A DNA stretch of 64,000 nt, from the NCBI RefSeq assembly GCF_006345805.1, contig NC_043005.1, positions 102,424,001 through 102,488,000 on the forward strand. Reading direction: 5' to 3'. A model generated the notes under the pieces. That model made no database searches. It was not told where the DNA came from and worked only from the letters and a program-made list of their open reading frames with translations. Made by a program: the position numbers and the translations under genes. The number at the start of each line of letters is the position of its first letter. Within the stretch, counting starts at the first letter, position 1. Source of the DNA: Octopus sinensis. Its lineage: Eukaryota. Of the stretch, positions 52,561-64,000 are shown one piece after another.

Positions 52561-53184
52561 CGCCGATTTTCGTTACGTAGAACTAGTTAATATGGAAGCT
52601 CTAACCACTTTTACACAGAGCAACTTTCAGTCTGATCCATATATTATTTGAGAAGTGTTCTACTATAATCCAACAACAGATTCAATTATTGTGTCTTTAA
52701 CTTTGCATTTAATTTAAGACTCAATCACTCGTAGGGTGTCTTTGATATGTTTCTTCACAGTTTATTATTCATAGCTTCAGGTGGAATGGATAATACAAGA
52801 TACAGAACGAATAAATCTGATACCCTTTTTTGTTATTGTCATTGTTGTTCTTTTATGCTGTTATTGTTTATATGAGTTTTAGAATATGTACATGAAAATG
52901 CAAAAGAAAGAGATAAGAATATATTAAAACCATTTATGACACGTGTAATTCAATGAATAGGGTTTCTGATTTTAATGTTATTAACAAGAGAGCGGTAATA
53001 ACAAAAGATTGTTATCTGATGCCATCTCTCCTTCTTCATCTTCCACCTTCTCATCAACATTATCAACATTGTAGTCATCGTTAAAATCATTATACCCAGT
53101 GTCATCAATTTTAGCACGACCAACATTATCATTATCAGTGTGAATAGCATCGCAAATTTCGTCGAATATTCCTTGATCCAATGC

Positions 53185-53416
53185 CTTCTATTAATTATCA
53201 TCATCATCATAATCATCGATATCCTCGCCGTCGTTGCCGTCGTGGTTTCATCGTCTTCCACGTCCTCTTCGTTTTCTCGACCGCTCCCTCCTCTTCCACA
53301 CCATCTTCATCGTGGTCGTCGTCATCGTCGTCGTCATCATCATCATCATCATCATCATCAAGATCAACATCATCATAATCTTCATCATCATCCTCATCAT
53401 CATCATAATCTTCATT

Positions 53417-53447
<31 letters not shown>

Positions 53448-53494
53448 CCATCATCACCATCATCACCATCATCATCATCATCATCATCATAATC

Positions 53495-53532
<38 letters not shown>

Positions 53533-53630
53533 ACTCATCATCATCATAATCATCATCATTCATCATCATCATCATCACCATCATCACCATCATCACCATC
53601 ACCATCATCATCATCATCATCATCATAATC

Positions 53631-53671
<41 letters not shown>

Positions 53672-53705
53672 ACTCATCATCATCATAATCTTCATTATCA
53701 TCATC

Positions 53706-53737
<32 letters not shown>

Positions 53738-53780
53738 CACCATCATCACCATCATCACCATCATCATCATCATCGTAATC

Positions 53781-53829
<49 letters not shown>

Positions 53830-53885
53830 CTGTTATTATCATCATCACTGGTATCATCATCATCCTCATCATCATTAACATCAGT
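53185..53885. repeat. (CAT)n array with higher-order ~138-bp repetition
   Basis: Variant markers (atact, cataatcttc, catcaccat) recur in the same order, e.g. at 53531 and 53670. Confidence 0.9.
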
Positions 53886-54984
53886 ATTGTCCCCATCGTT
53901 ATTATTACGGTCTTCGCAGTCGTCATTATCGTTTTGTCACCCAGTCATCAATTTCAGCTAAAACAAAAAAAAAAACGCGAGGAAGAAATATACGTGTGTG
54001 TGTATGTGTGTGTGTGTGGTTTTGTGAGCGGCGCGTATGTGTAAAGACTAAAGATCTCCCATATGATGACGAGAGCAATTCCAGCATGAAAAACAACAAC
54101 AACAACAAGAACACCAAGAATGGCATCTAAAACAATACGGCAGATAACTAGAAATATATCACCGAAGAAAAAAAATAAAAGGAAAGAGAAGAAGAGGGTA
54201 TCGTAAACAGCACGAGACACGTCGATACACAACGGAAAGAAACGGAAAAATAAACGGCGGGAAAAAAGAAAAAAAAAACATTTAAAAAAGCATATGTCGC
54301 CACAAAACATGAACAATAAAAAACAAAAAACAAACGATGAATAAAGAAAATAATCGTTATCATCATCATCGTCAACAAGAACAACATCAAAATTCACAGC
54401 GAGTTGCAAAAGAAACAAATAAGATAAAAGTTACAAATGCAATCAATGGATTATAGAGCATATAATCCATCAAAAGCAAACAATGATAAACAACCAGAAA
54501 AATAACAAGAAACTCACAACAATAAACAGCTACAGCAACTGAAATATCGTATAACAGTATTAACGAAGGTGTCTTCTTAAGAAAATATCTCATTAATCGA
54601 ATGAAATCTGATGCAATGTGATCACTCGTTAATGTTTCGTCGCCTTCCTGCAGCTAGATAAGTTTAACGTTTTTTTCCGTTAGTCTGGCAATATTCCTCT
54701 TGCTGTTCGTAGTTTTATATATTTGTTGCTTTTATCAATATTTGTGTTTCACTGGATGCTGGTGTTTACGTTAATGCCATAAAAAAATCGTCTTTATAAA
54801 ATAACTTCTTATCCGATAAAGACCTGAGGCGAGCGCTGGTTGATACATAAATATAAGACAAGTTATCGATCAACACACACACACACACACACACATACAC
54901 AGTGGAATATTGTTGATGACAAACAGAAGAAATGTCGATAGTGTACATCAATGATCATCGTATCGCCAAAAAAGGTTGATTGCT

Positions 54985-55065
54985 GTTGTTGTTGTTGATG
55001 AAGATGATGATGATGATGATGATGATGACGACGACGACGATGAAGACGATGATGATAATGATGAC

Positions 55066-55106
<41 letters not shown>

Positions 55107-55107
55107 C

Positions 55108-55143
<36 letters not shown>

Positions 55144-55210
55144 AGTCATTATGATGATGATGATGATGATGATTATTATTATGACGATGACGATGATGAA
55201 GATGATGGGG
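54985..55210. repeat. (GAT)n array
   Basis: Directly visible. Confidence 0.95.
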
Positions 55211-56999
55211 ACATTATTTGAGCGTGTACGATATTACAGATTTGCTTTCTAGCCACCTTTGCGAGTACAATTTTATAAAGGCCATGATACACGGAGATGA
55301 AACGCTCTTAGTTTTATTGACTAATCTCGGCTCAGAACGTTGTTTACGTACTCACTTATTACGTGAGTAGAATGACTGAAACGTGGCGCCAAACCTCTCT
55401 AATCACATGGCCCCTTCACAAAGACATTGGAGAACACAATAACAGAAACAGGACAAGTATATAAACTTACTATTATAATTCCTACTTAAATATCACGAGG
55501 CTCCCACACGCTATTCAATTTGTGCCACAATTACAGTCCTTATATGAACCTAATTTTCTGAATATTAGATAAAACTGGACTTGTTCCCCTTACTAGAGAC
55601 ACAAGCATTCTCAAGTGGTAGATAATTTGTTAAATATAATTACGTAAATATTTATTTTATTTAACTTCATTTAATTTATTTCTCTTTCGGTTTAATTGGA
55701 TTTCCTTGGGAAATAAAGTACTTCATCCACCTGTATCCAAATAAACTATGAAACTATTCCTTCAACATTTCTTCTGAATGACTTTATCATTATTACGAAT
55801 ATATAAGAGTGTGGGTTCCCCGTAGGTTTTCGTTTCAAATGCCAGAGAGGTTGACTTTCTTTTAATCATTTTGTGGGTTTGAAAATAACTAGCTGAGCAC
55901 GTGGGTCAATGTAACTGATTTCTGCACTGCTCAAAATTACTGGGATTGTGCGAAAACTAGAAAGAATTATTTCGAACACACACATACAGACACACACACA
56001 CACACTCACACATTGGCAAATCAAATTTATATGTAAAAAGCAAAAGGAAGTGTAAAGGGTGCTCACAGTGAATGCATTAGTTTGACACCACGTTTAAGAT
56101 GGAAGAAAGAATGGTTGTGGAGTTGTGAGTATGGCTCTTTGTCAGAAAGACGAAAGCGGAATGGTCAGGAAAAAGTTTTGCCAAAAATACCCAACACAGT
56201 AGAAATGTGTAATGAATGATTTTTACTTACTATTTAACCTATTTACTATTTAAGAATTTATTTAAAAAACAATGGCACGAAAATTTTATTCGTAAACGCT
56301 TTCGTTGTTCAAATTTTCAAAGAATTCTTCTGGCCTAATCCTACGCAGGCTCACGCATACACTGCCTTTATGAATAACAGGTAAGCCTACTCTGGATATT
56401 CGCATTTTACAGAACTAGTATGAGTCACCATTCTAGAGTGGCTGATTTAATAACCCGAAAAATCTAATGATTTAATACTGTACCTAATAGAAATCTTCCT
56501 GAATGTAGTTTCCTGTCGGTTCAAAAGTGCCTGCTGTGCCAAATAATTATTTTACAGGGGACATCTGATTATTAAAAGTTCATTTAGTTAGTGTAACTTC
56601 ATTCGCAGATTATTGACCTATAGACACCGCATTTATTTGTCTATTTCGGCTGCAAACTTATCAGGATTATTGTGAATTTTCCAAAGTTTTAATGAAGAAG
56701 GAACTTCATTTAACAACAAATTGTTACTCGGCCGCATTGTTTGCTGTTCAAAGTATCAAAGCGTTAGAAAGTTTATTGGTTGGTAGGAAGGAAATTCAGA
56801 GCACCAACGCCTCCCCTAACGCGAACCACGTACCTGTCTTACTCCACCTCCGCATTCCCCTCCTGCACCTCTTCCATCTGTATCTCCACACCCTCTCCAT
56901 GCCTCCCTTCCTGCTCTCCCTCCACCATTCCGCCTCCCCTCCTCCTGCAGTCCACATCCATTTCTCCTCCATTCCACTTCCTTCCCCCCCTCCTGTTCT

Positions 57000-57002
57000 T
57001 TG

Positions 57003-57037
<35 letters not shown>

Positions 57038-58021
57038 AAGCTGCTGCTGCTGCTGCTGTTGCCGCCACTACTACTACTAATACCACTACTGCTGCTGCTG
57101 CTGCTACTACTACTACTACCTCTAATATACTACTACTACTACTACTACTACTAACTACTACTACTACTACTACTACTACTGCTCTATTTTCTGTGCCTGC
57201 TTTTCTCCTCTCTATGTTCCTCTGATTGTCATCCACCTCCTATTTCTTTTCTATCTTCGTCATCGTCTCTGTCATCATCATCGACATCGTTGTCATTATC
57301 ATCATGATCATCATTTCTATTATCAACTGTTGATGGTGATATTGTTAGTTATAGTTATCATAATGGAATTCTTGTCTTGAATAAAAGCTGTAAATTTATC
57401 TTCTCATCATCATTAACATTAAAATTCTTCTTTTCCTTCTTCTTCCTCCCCTTCTTTTCCTTTCTCTTCTTTTCCTTCTTCTTCCCCTTCTTTTCCTTCT
57501 TCTTCCTCTTCTTTTTCTTCTTTCCCTTTCTTCTTCTTTTCCTCTTCTTTTTCTTCTTTTCCTTCTTCTTCCTCTTCTTTTTCTTCTTTTTCTTCTTCTT
57601 CTTCTTTCTTCTTTTCTTCTTTTCTTTCTTCTTTTACTTTTCCTCCTCCTCCTCCTCCTTCTTATTCTCCTTTTCCTCTCCTTTTTCTTCTTTTCCTCCT
57701 CCTCCTCCTCCTCCTTCTTCTTCTTCTTCTCCCTTTCTTCTTCTTTTTTCTTCTTTTCCTCCTCCTTTTCCCCCTTCTCTTCCTCTTCTTTTCTTCTTTT
57801 CTTCTTTTCTTTCTTCTTTTACTTTTCCTCCTCCTCCTCCTCCTCCTTCTTATTCTCCTTTTCCTCTCCTTTTTCTTCTTTTCCTCCTCCTCCTCCTCCT
57901 CCTTCTTCTTCTTCTCCTTTTCCTCTTCTTTTTCTTCTTTTCCTTCTTCTTCTTCTTCTTCTTCTTCTTTTCCTTCTTCTTCTTCTTGTTTGTTGTCGTC
58001 ATCGTCCTCGTCACCACCACC

Positions 58022-58052
<31 letters not shown>

Positions 58053-58085
58053 ACACCATCATCATCGTCTTAATCATCATCAACT
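57000..58085. repeat. (CTA/CTG)n, (CTT/CCT)n and (CAC/CAT)n triplet arrays
   Basis: Directly visible; the CTT/CCT block has an internal ~185-bp duplication (tact markers at 57635 and 57820). Confidence 0.9.
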
Positions 58086-58826
58086 AAATGCTGCTTTCGG
58101 CATTGCAGCAAATTTACTGTTGGCAGTTAAAATAATGTCTAATTTAAAATTCCTCCGAAGGAAGTGCATTAAAAGTCAAGTAAAGAATTTATGAACGTAT
58201 GATGATGAAAACAAAACAAAATAGTAAAAAAAAAAGACAGCACGCAAGCAGCAATCTTTCATTGGTCTTCCAGATAATCGCAGAGCAGGCCATATGTATA
58301 TTTAGATTAATAGCCGCAATATTTTGGTTATTGATCTATAATTTGCTTTACATACAAATATCATATCATATTCTTTAAATAAACGATAACATCGGAATAA
58401 AATAGTTCATGGGAGTGAGATCTCCCGTACTAATTTTAAATCTATTTCATACTTTTTTCTCCGTTTATTTCAATGAAACGTCTCTTTGTATAATTAACGA
58501 ATCATTAATAATTGGAAGGCAATTTCATCAAATTATTTATCATTAAACTGACTTCAAAATTATCCGCCGTCTTTTACCTAGTTCTAGGCTTGTCACTGGC
58601 GAACTTTTCTGATAGACATGGCACCGATACAACAAAAGCAATTATATGCGAAGGCACGCACAAATAGACATTTGTTCTTACAGGTATATGTATGTATGTA
58701 TGTATGTATGTGCATATATATTCATACCTATTGATATACCGATAAATACATGCGTAGAGACATGCATATATGTATATACATATATAAATATATATATATA
58801 TATAAATATATATATATATATGTATG

Positions 58827-58885
<59 letters not shown>

Positions 58886-58948
58886 TAGAGATACATGCAG
58901 ACACACACACCACACACACACACACACACACACCACACACACACACAC

Positions 58949-58983
<35 letters not shown>

Positions 58984-59557
58984 TATATATATATATATAT
59001 ATACACATATGTATGCATAAGTAAGCGTACATACACACTACACGATAACGGAAATATGTTCTTTTTATCTATATGGTGGTGGTACATGTTATTTTCCTCA
59101 GCTTTACAAACTCAGAAATGCACACACATTAATACGCATAGACACACGCACACACAATCGCACACCATATTGAAGTGAGATTGGTAAGCAAAAAGGCGTG
59201 AACGGTAAGATAGAATGAAAGCGAAAGAACGAGTGTTTGGAAACTAAGTTTCACAAAGTAATGGAGAGAATAAAATCGAAGATATTTATGATATATTTTC
59301 GGTCCAAAATATAACAATCAATCATTGTTATTATCCATCTATATCAAGTAAACAAACTAACTGGCTATACGTTCACTCTCTCTTACACACACACTAACAT
59401 ATACACAGACATGCATACATGCATAGAAACGCATACACATATATACATAATATATACCTGCATATATAACTAAATAAATATATATACATATATATAGAAA
59501 CACTTATACATATATATATATATATGAATGTAATCATTTTTCTATCCGGTTTCACAG

Positions 59558-59635
59558 ACATTCAGTATTTTCTCCTCCGGGCTGAGTGATTATCGTCATG
59601 AGAGATACGAGAGATATGGAATGAGTTCCAGCTAG
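59558..59635 (+). CDS. Candidate exon, probably with indel errors
   Basis: Acceptor tttttctatccggtttcacAG and donor TAG|GTAAGA. As written, every frame contains a stop; pieces read IQYFLL, GLSDYRHE and EIREIWNEFQL in alternating frames. Confidence 0.25.
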   Translation, partial: TFSIFSSGLSDYRHERYERYGMSSS

Positions 59636-60429
59636 GTAAGAGAGTTGCAAACGGAAGCGGTCAAGACACCTTCATCCGTATACAACAGATTATGTGGAGT
59701 TAATTGCTAGAAAATATAGCCACATATTTGCTGAATTTTTCCGTGTATTTTCAAGATTTAGTGAAGTCAGTTACCAGTAATGGTGTGTTTTTCTATTATT
59801 TACCTTCTTCCTCCGAAATATTTTCTTGGAGATGGTTCTATGGACTAAAGCCAGATATCTATTTAGCATTGGAAGGAATTTCGGAATCCCAAGTTGATCT
59901 GAACTGGAGGCATTCCAAAAGTAACATTACTATTTTTGACCGAATATTCCGTTAATCAAAAGCAATTTTCTGTTTAAATTGGGTCCAAATTTAAATATTA
60001 CTTAACAACCAATATCTATTACAGTGAGAAGTAGATTAATTCGCTATGCAGTTCGAAAGCAATAGATATTTATGGAAGCAGTACATTATTTGAAATATCC
60101 GTAGTTGGCACTAACCCGCAAGAGGTAGTAAGCTGCTGGTGATTGCAGTCCAGGAGCTAGTTTCACTTTCTGGTCAACATAATCATATTCATTACGTTAA
60201 GCTATCTATATAATATTTGCATACTATGGACATCGAGATTTCCACCACGGTTTGTTATTTGTTTAGTACGTAGTTTTCCCTAGTTCAAAACTGATTTATA
60301 ATTTTAAGAAAATGCACAATATTGTGTAGGGCACTATTTGGTCTAAGGGAGAGAGATATATGCATTTTATAAGTGGATAAAATATATGATAAAGAATATT
60401 AGGTTTCAAATTCAGAATGTAGTGGGCCA

Positions 60430-60960
60430 AATGTTACACTTCACCTTCACAACATAGCACTGACTGCGTTACATCTTCACCACAGCAACAATTCCAATAA
60501 ATCTTTACCTTACCAAAGGCTGCCCCACATTATCAGCACAGTTAGGACAAAATAACATTTTCAGCATGGCAACAGCTGCATCACATGCGCAACAAAGCAA
60601 TAGTTGCAGCATATACATAACATAGTAATGATTGTACTACATCTACACCATAGCAATAACCGGATTACATTTTTAAGATAAAATCTTCGATCATAAGTAT
60701 AATAGGACCAAACATCAACATAGCATCGACTGCATCCAAGCAGCGAATGAGCAACCTCTGCATAGAATACACCACATAGCAACTACATCACATATTCAAG
60801 ATAGTAACAACAGTACCACATCTCAACATAGCAAGGGTTGCATCATGTCTCTCCCACAACAATGGTTGCATTCCGTGCACAGTGTTGCACGAACAGCAGT
60901 ACAGCTTCAAGATAATAATTACTGCATCTCAACTACAGCATAAGAAGGGCTGTATCACAA
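60430..60960. repeat. Degenerate ~20-30-bp minisatellite
   Basis: Recurrent catc(t/a)(c/a)a(c)catagcaa...(g)ctg/ttg units. Confidence 0.55.
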
Positions 60961-61029
60961 AATTTGGCATCACTTTTCGGGGTTAGGGACAACTTTTCTA
61001 CGACACAAACGAACATCATAAACATCATA

Positions 61030-61210
61030 AACCTAAGGGGTTAGTCGATTACCCCGATCTCGGTGCTACTGATACTTAATTTATCGACCCCCAAAAGGAT
61101 GAAAGGCAAACTGACCCCGGCGGAATTCAAACGCACAGCGTAAGGACCGAAGAAATGCCGATACGCATTTTGTTTGGCATGCTAACTATGCTGCCAGTTC
61201 GCCACCTTTA
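61030..61210 (-). mobile_element. tRNA-derived SINE (family of 895-1290)
   Basis: atcgacccccaaaaggatgaaaggcaaactgaccccggcggaattcaaac...gctgccagttcgccacc. Confidence 0.8.
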
Positions 61211-61749
61211 TCCTAACCATAATTGTAATGGTCACTATATTGGCATTAGTATGTTCACAAATACCAGCCAAGTTCAGTTCCTCAAACGTCTTGCATCGTA
61301 CCCCAACCACTGTTACAAAAACATTTGATGATTTGATATGGCTAAAGTCTTGCCACGAAGCCTACACGATTGAGTTTATCTCTGTCCTTCCTGTCATTAA
61401 TATTATAAGACCCCTGTCCGATCACATTCACACTCCACATATTATGCAATCCACTTAGATATTCCTTCACAGAAGAGAAATTTTTTGCTTTCGATTCTTG
61501 TCCATATGTTTTCCTCCTGTTATAAACATTCCCTTATTTAAGAAAATCAGCCTGTTCGATCTCACTGGTCTCAGTGATCAACTATCTACACTTTCCCCTT
61601 CTTTCCATCATCATCTCTTAGCAAATACTTAGATACATACATATATACATACATATATTACATATATGTATACATACATATATTACATATATATATATAC
61701 GTACATATATATATACATACATACAGGCATATATACATACAAATATAAG

Positions 61750-62010
61750 TGGCTCTGTACTAATAATCTTGCTTCCAAACTCCTGGTTCCAGACTCAGTC
61801 CCACGGCGTCGCAACTTTGGCAAGTGCGTTCTACTATAGCTGCAAGCCGACTACAGCCTAGTGCGTGGATTTGGTAGATGGAAACTGAAAGAATCCTGTC
61901 GTATATACGTATATGTATATATCTAAGTGTGTGTCATTGTGTCTGTGTTTTTTCTCGGACAACCATTTGACCGCCGGTGTATGTCCCCATAACTTAGCGC
62001 GTCGGCTAAA
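61750..62010 (+). mobile_element. Diverged SINE (family of 8085-8478)
   Basis: gtggctctg...ctcagtcccac...tttggcaagtgcgttctactatagc...ggatttggtagatggaaactgaaagaa. Confidence 0.75.
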
Positions 62011-62038
62011 GAATGTGATACATACACACACATACACA

Positions 62039-62077
<39 letters not shown>

Positions 62078-62123
62078 GTGTGTATATGTATATATATTAT
62101 ATGTATATATATGTATATATATA

Positions 62124-62172
<49 letters not shown>

Positions 62173-62369
62173 TAAATATATATATAATATATTTGCCATA
62201 TATTTGTTGGACTGGCTAGTTGACTCGCCTTCAAGCAAGGCGGGTAGGTGGTGTTGATAATCCACAAAAAAAGGTGAAACATTGATGTCCATCACTCCCA
62301 AATGAGATTGACGGTGATTTATCGCGCCTGTCCATAGCTCTAAACTGTTTTAGCACCAGCGACATCAGA

Positions 62370-62765
62370 GTTATACACTACGCTGTATGGAGCTTACTTC
62401 TCAACCATGTGGTTCTGGGTTCAGTCTCAGTGCGTAGCATCTTGTACAACTGTATTCTAATATAGTCTCGGCCCCACCAAATCCGTGTGAGTTGATTCGG
62501 TAGACGGAAATTGAAAGACATCCGTCGTATATATATATATATATTTATATATATATAATGTGTATATATTTATTTGTGTGTATGTTTGTATCTGTATCTG
62601 TTCCTTCACCATCGCTTGATGGTGGTTTGTTTATGTCATCGTAATTAGCGGTTCGACAAAAGAACCCGACAGAATAAGTACCAAGCTTACAAAGAATAAG
62701 TCCTACGTTTACTTGTTCAGCTAAAAGATGGTGCTCCATCAAACGAATGATACAAATAAAAGAAT
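62370..62765 (+). mobile_element. Diverged SINE (family of 8085-8478)
   Basis: ggttctgggttcagtctcag...ggtagacggaaattgaaaga...agaataagtacc...gaataagtcct...ggtgctcca. Confidence 0.75.
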
Positions 62766-62814
62766 TAAAGAACACAGACACATATGTACATATAATTATA
62801 TGTATATATACATA

Positions 62815-63122
62815 TGTTGTAGGGAAATGGCCTAGTGGTTAGGGCAGCGGACTCGTGGTTGTAGGATCGCGGTTTCGTTTCCCAGACCGGGCGTTGTGAG
62901 TGTTTATTAAGCGAAAGCACCTTAATAGCTCCACGATGCTCCGGTAGGGGGTGGTGGTGATCCCTGCTATACTCTTTCACCACTCTTTCACTCTTTCTTC
63001 TGTTGGCCTGCTCGCTTAACCAGCGGGGTGGCGTCGTTCGAAGGCTAAAACAATGCGAACGCATTGTGACCAGCGGTGTGTAACAGCATCTGATGGTACG
63101 GTCGGTCACGTGATCACGTGAT
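62815..63122 (+). mobile_element. tRNA-derived SINE (head shared with 17085-17378)
   Basis: atggcctagtggttagggcagcggactcgtggttgtaggatcgcggtttcgtttccc head; ends ggtcggtcacgtgatcacgtga. Confidence 0.8.
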
Positions 63123-63159
63123 ATATACATATATGTATATATATATATATATATATAAT

Positions 63160-63400
63160 TTTTTTAACGCAGATGAGTACCAACTTATACAAGCAGTTTT
63201 CTTTACCTCTTCTTATACATTCTGGGAACCACAACTGGGAGTCACAATGCCCATATTGAAGTCATACAATTTGATGTGCCATGCTCATTGCACAGATTTA
63301 CCACACACTTTCCAATATAAATCCATACATTTGTTTAACTCATCAGTCCCTCCAACCTTCGACGCAGCTATATTTCGTTTCTCTGTCCAAAAGGACACGT
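63160..63400 (-). mobile_element. Possible piggyBac-like transposase relic
   Basis: Minus strand VGGTDELNKCMDLYW...WHIKLYDFNMGI weakly resembles the piggyBac GGVDxxDQ...W.KL region. Confidence 0.3.
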
Positions 63401-64000
63401 AATTTATCGCTTACCTAATACTTCCTATATTCTACACGTCACCAGATAAAACGTATTTGATCCGTAATTTTAGATACATAATAATATCGTCATTGATTTG
63501 GGGAACTGCTTTATTTCTGTTTAGATTCGTTAAAATGTTAACTGATAAATCAGTAATCTGAAAGTAAAGTGATAGGAAATATTGTTTATTATCAGCTGTT
63601 AATTTTTGTCGGACCATATTTTCACTGGAATTCCAAAAGTGACGACTCTAGATTTTATTCTCTTTTACTGCCAATATCCAGTATATCGTTCCGTTTATAA
63701 TTTATTAATGTCTAATAATTTTTAAATTCTTCTAAACACATAATAAGCACCTTTTCTCATGGCACTGTGAATTATATACTTTTAAAGATTACATACATGC
63801 ATCTGTTCGAACATATATACATGCACACGTCAACACACGCATCTACACACAGGTGCACGCACTGGAATTACTGCATTGGTATCTATCATTGCGTTACACA
63901 GTGATGGGACCAGGAAATATTTAAGGTGAACTTAAGATTGAGTGGTGTTGAGTAAATTTGCATTCGTCGTTGCTCTTAAAAGTAGAGATAATAACCAAAC

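Noticed and set aside
53140-53878. Poly-His, poly-Ile and poly-Met ORFs
   Set aside because: These are alternative frames of the (CAT)n array and switch frame at indels.
56692-58087. 177-aa and 236-aa ORFs (poly-Thr/Ala, poly-Phe/Ser/Pro)
   Set aside because: They are driven by triplet repeats, with no splice or homology support.
62815-62890. tRNA-like sequences (also at 17300-17378, 8400-8478 and 28790-28872)
   Set aside because: These are SINE heads with A and B boxes continuing into SINE bodies; no complete cloverleaf was found.
1290-63200. Dozens of ORFs made of YI/IY, HT/TH, CV/VC or SL/ER dipeptides
   Set aside because: They are translations of (TA)n, (CA)n and (TC)n microsatellites that lack stops by construction.
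1-64000. CRISPR arrays, rRNA genes, operons, twister or HDV ribozymes
   Set aside because: No repeat-spacer array, rRNA similarity, prokaryotic gene organisation, or matching twister/HDV consensus was found by eye.

Overview
AT-rich, microsatellite-saturated eukaryotic genomic DNA. The SINE families and repeat landscape point to an Octopus-like cephalopod (inferred, not verified). The window is mostly intronic or intergenic. It holds decayed mariner, Tc1, maT and hAT-like DNA transposons, several MITE or foldback elements, a decayed Helitron Rep/helicase, CR1-like and RTE-like LINE fragments, Penelope-like (PLE) relics and many tRNA-derived SINEs. Most ORFs in the supplied track are translated microsatellites. 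Three things stand out. (i) There is a set of PLE-type minimal hammerhead ribozyme (HHR) motifs, including one with a fully canonical core at 16689-16762. (ii) Several small plus-strand exon candidates suggest an unidentified large-intron host gene; the best is 23384-23509. (iii) A ~3 kb decayed ORF of unknown family lies beside the Helitron. Irregular indels in homopolymers and microsatellites suggest long-read consensus errors, so single-base frameshifts should be treated cautiously.
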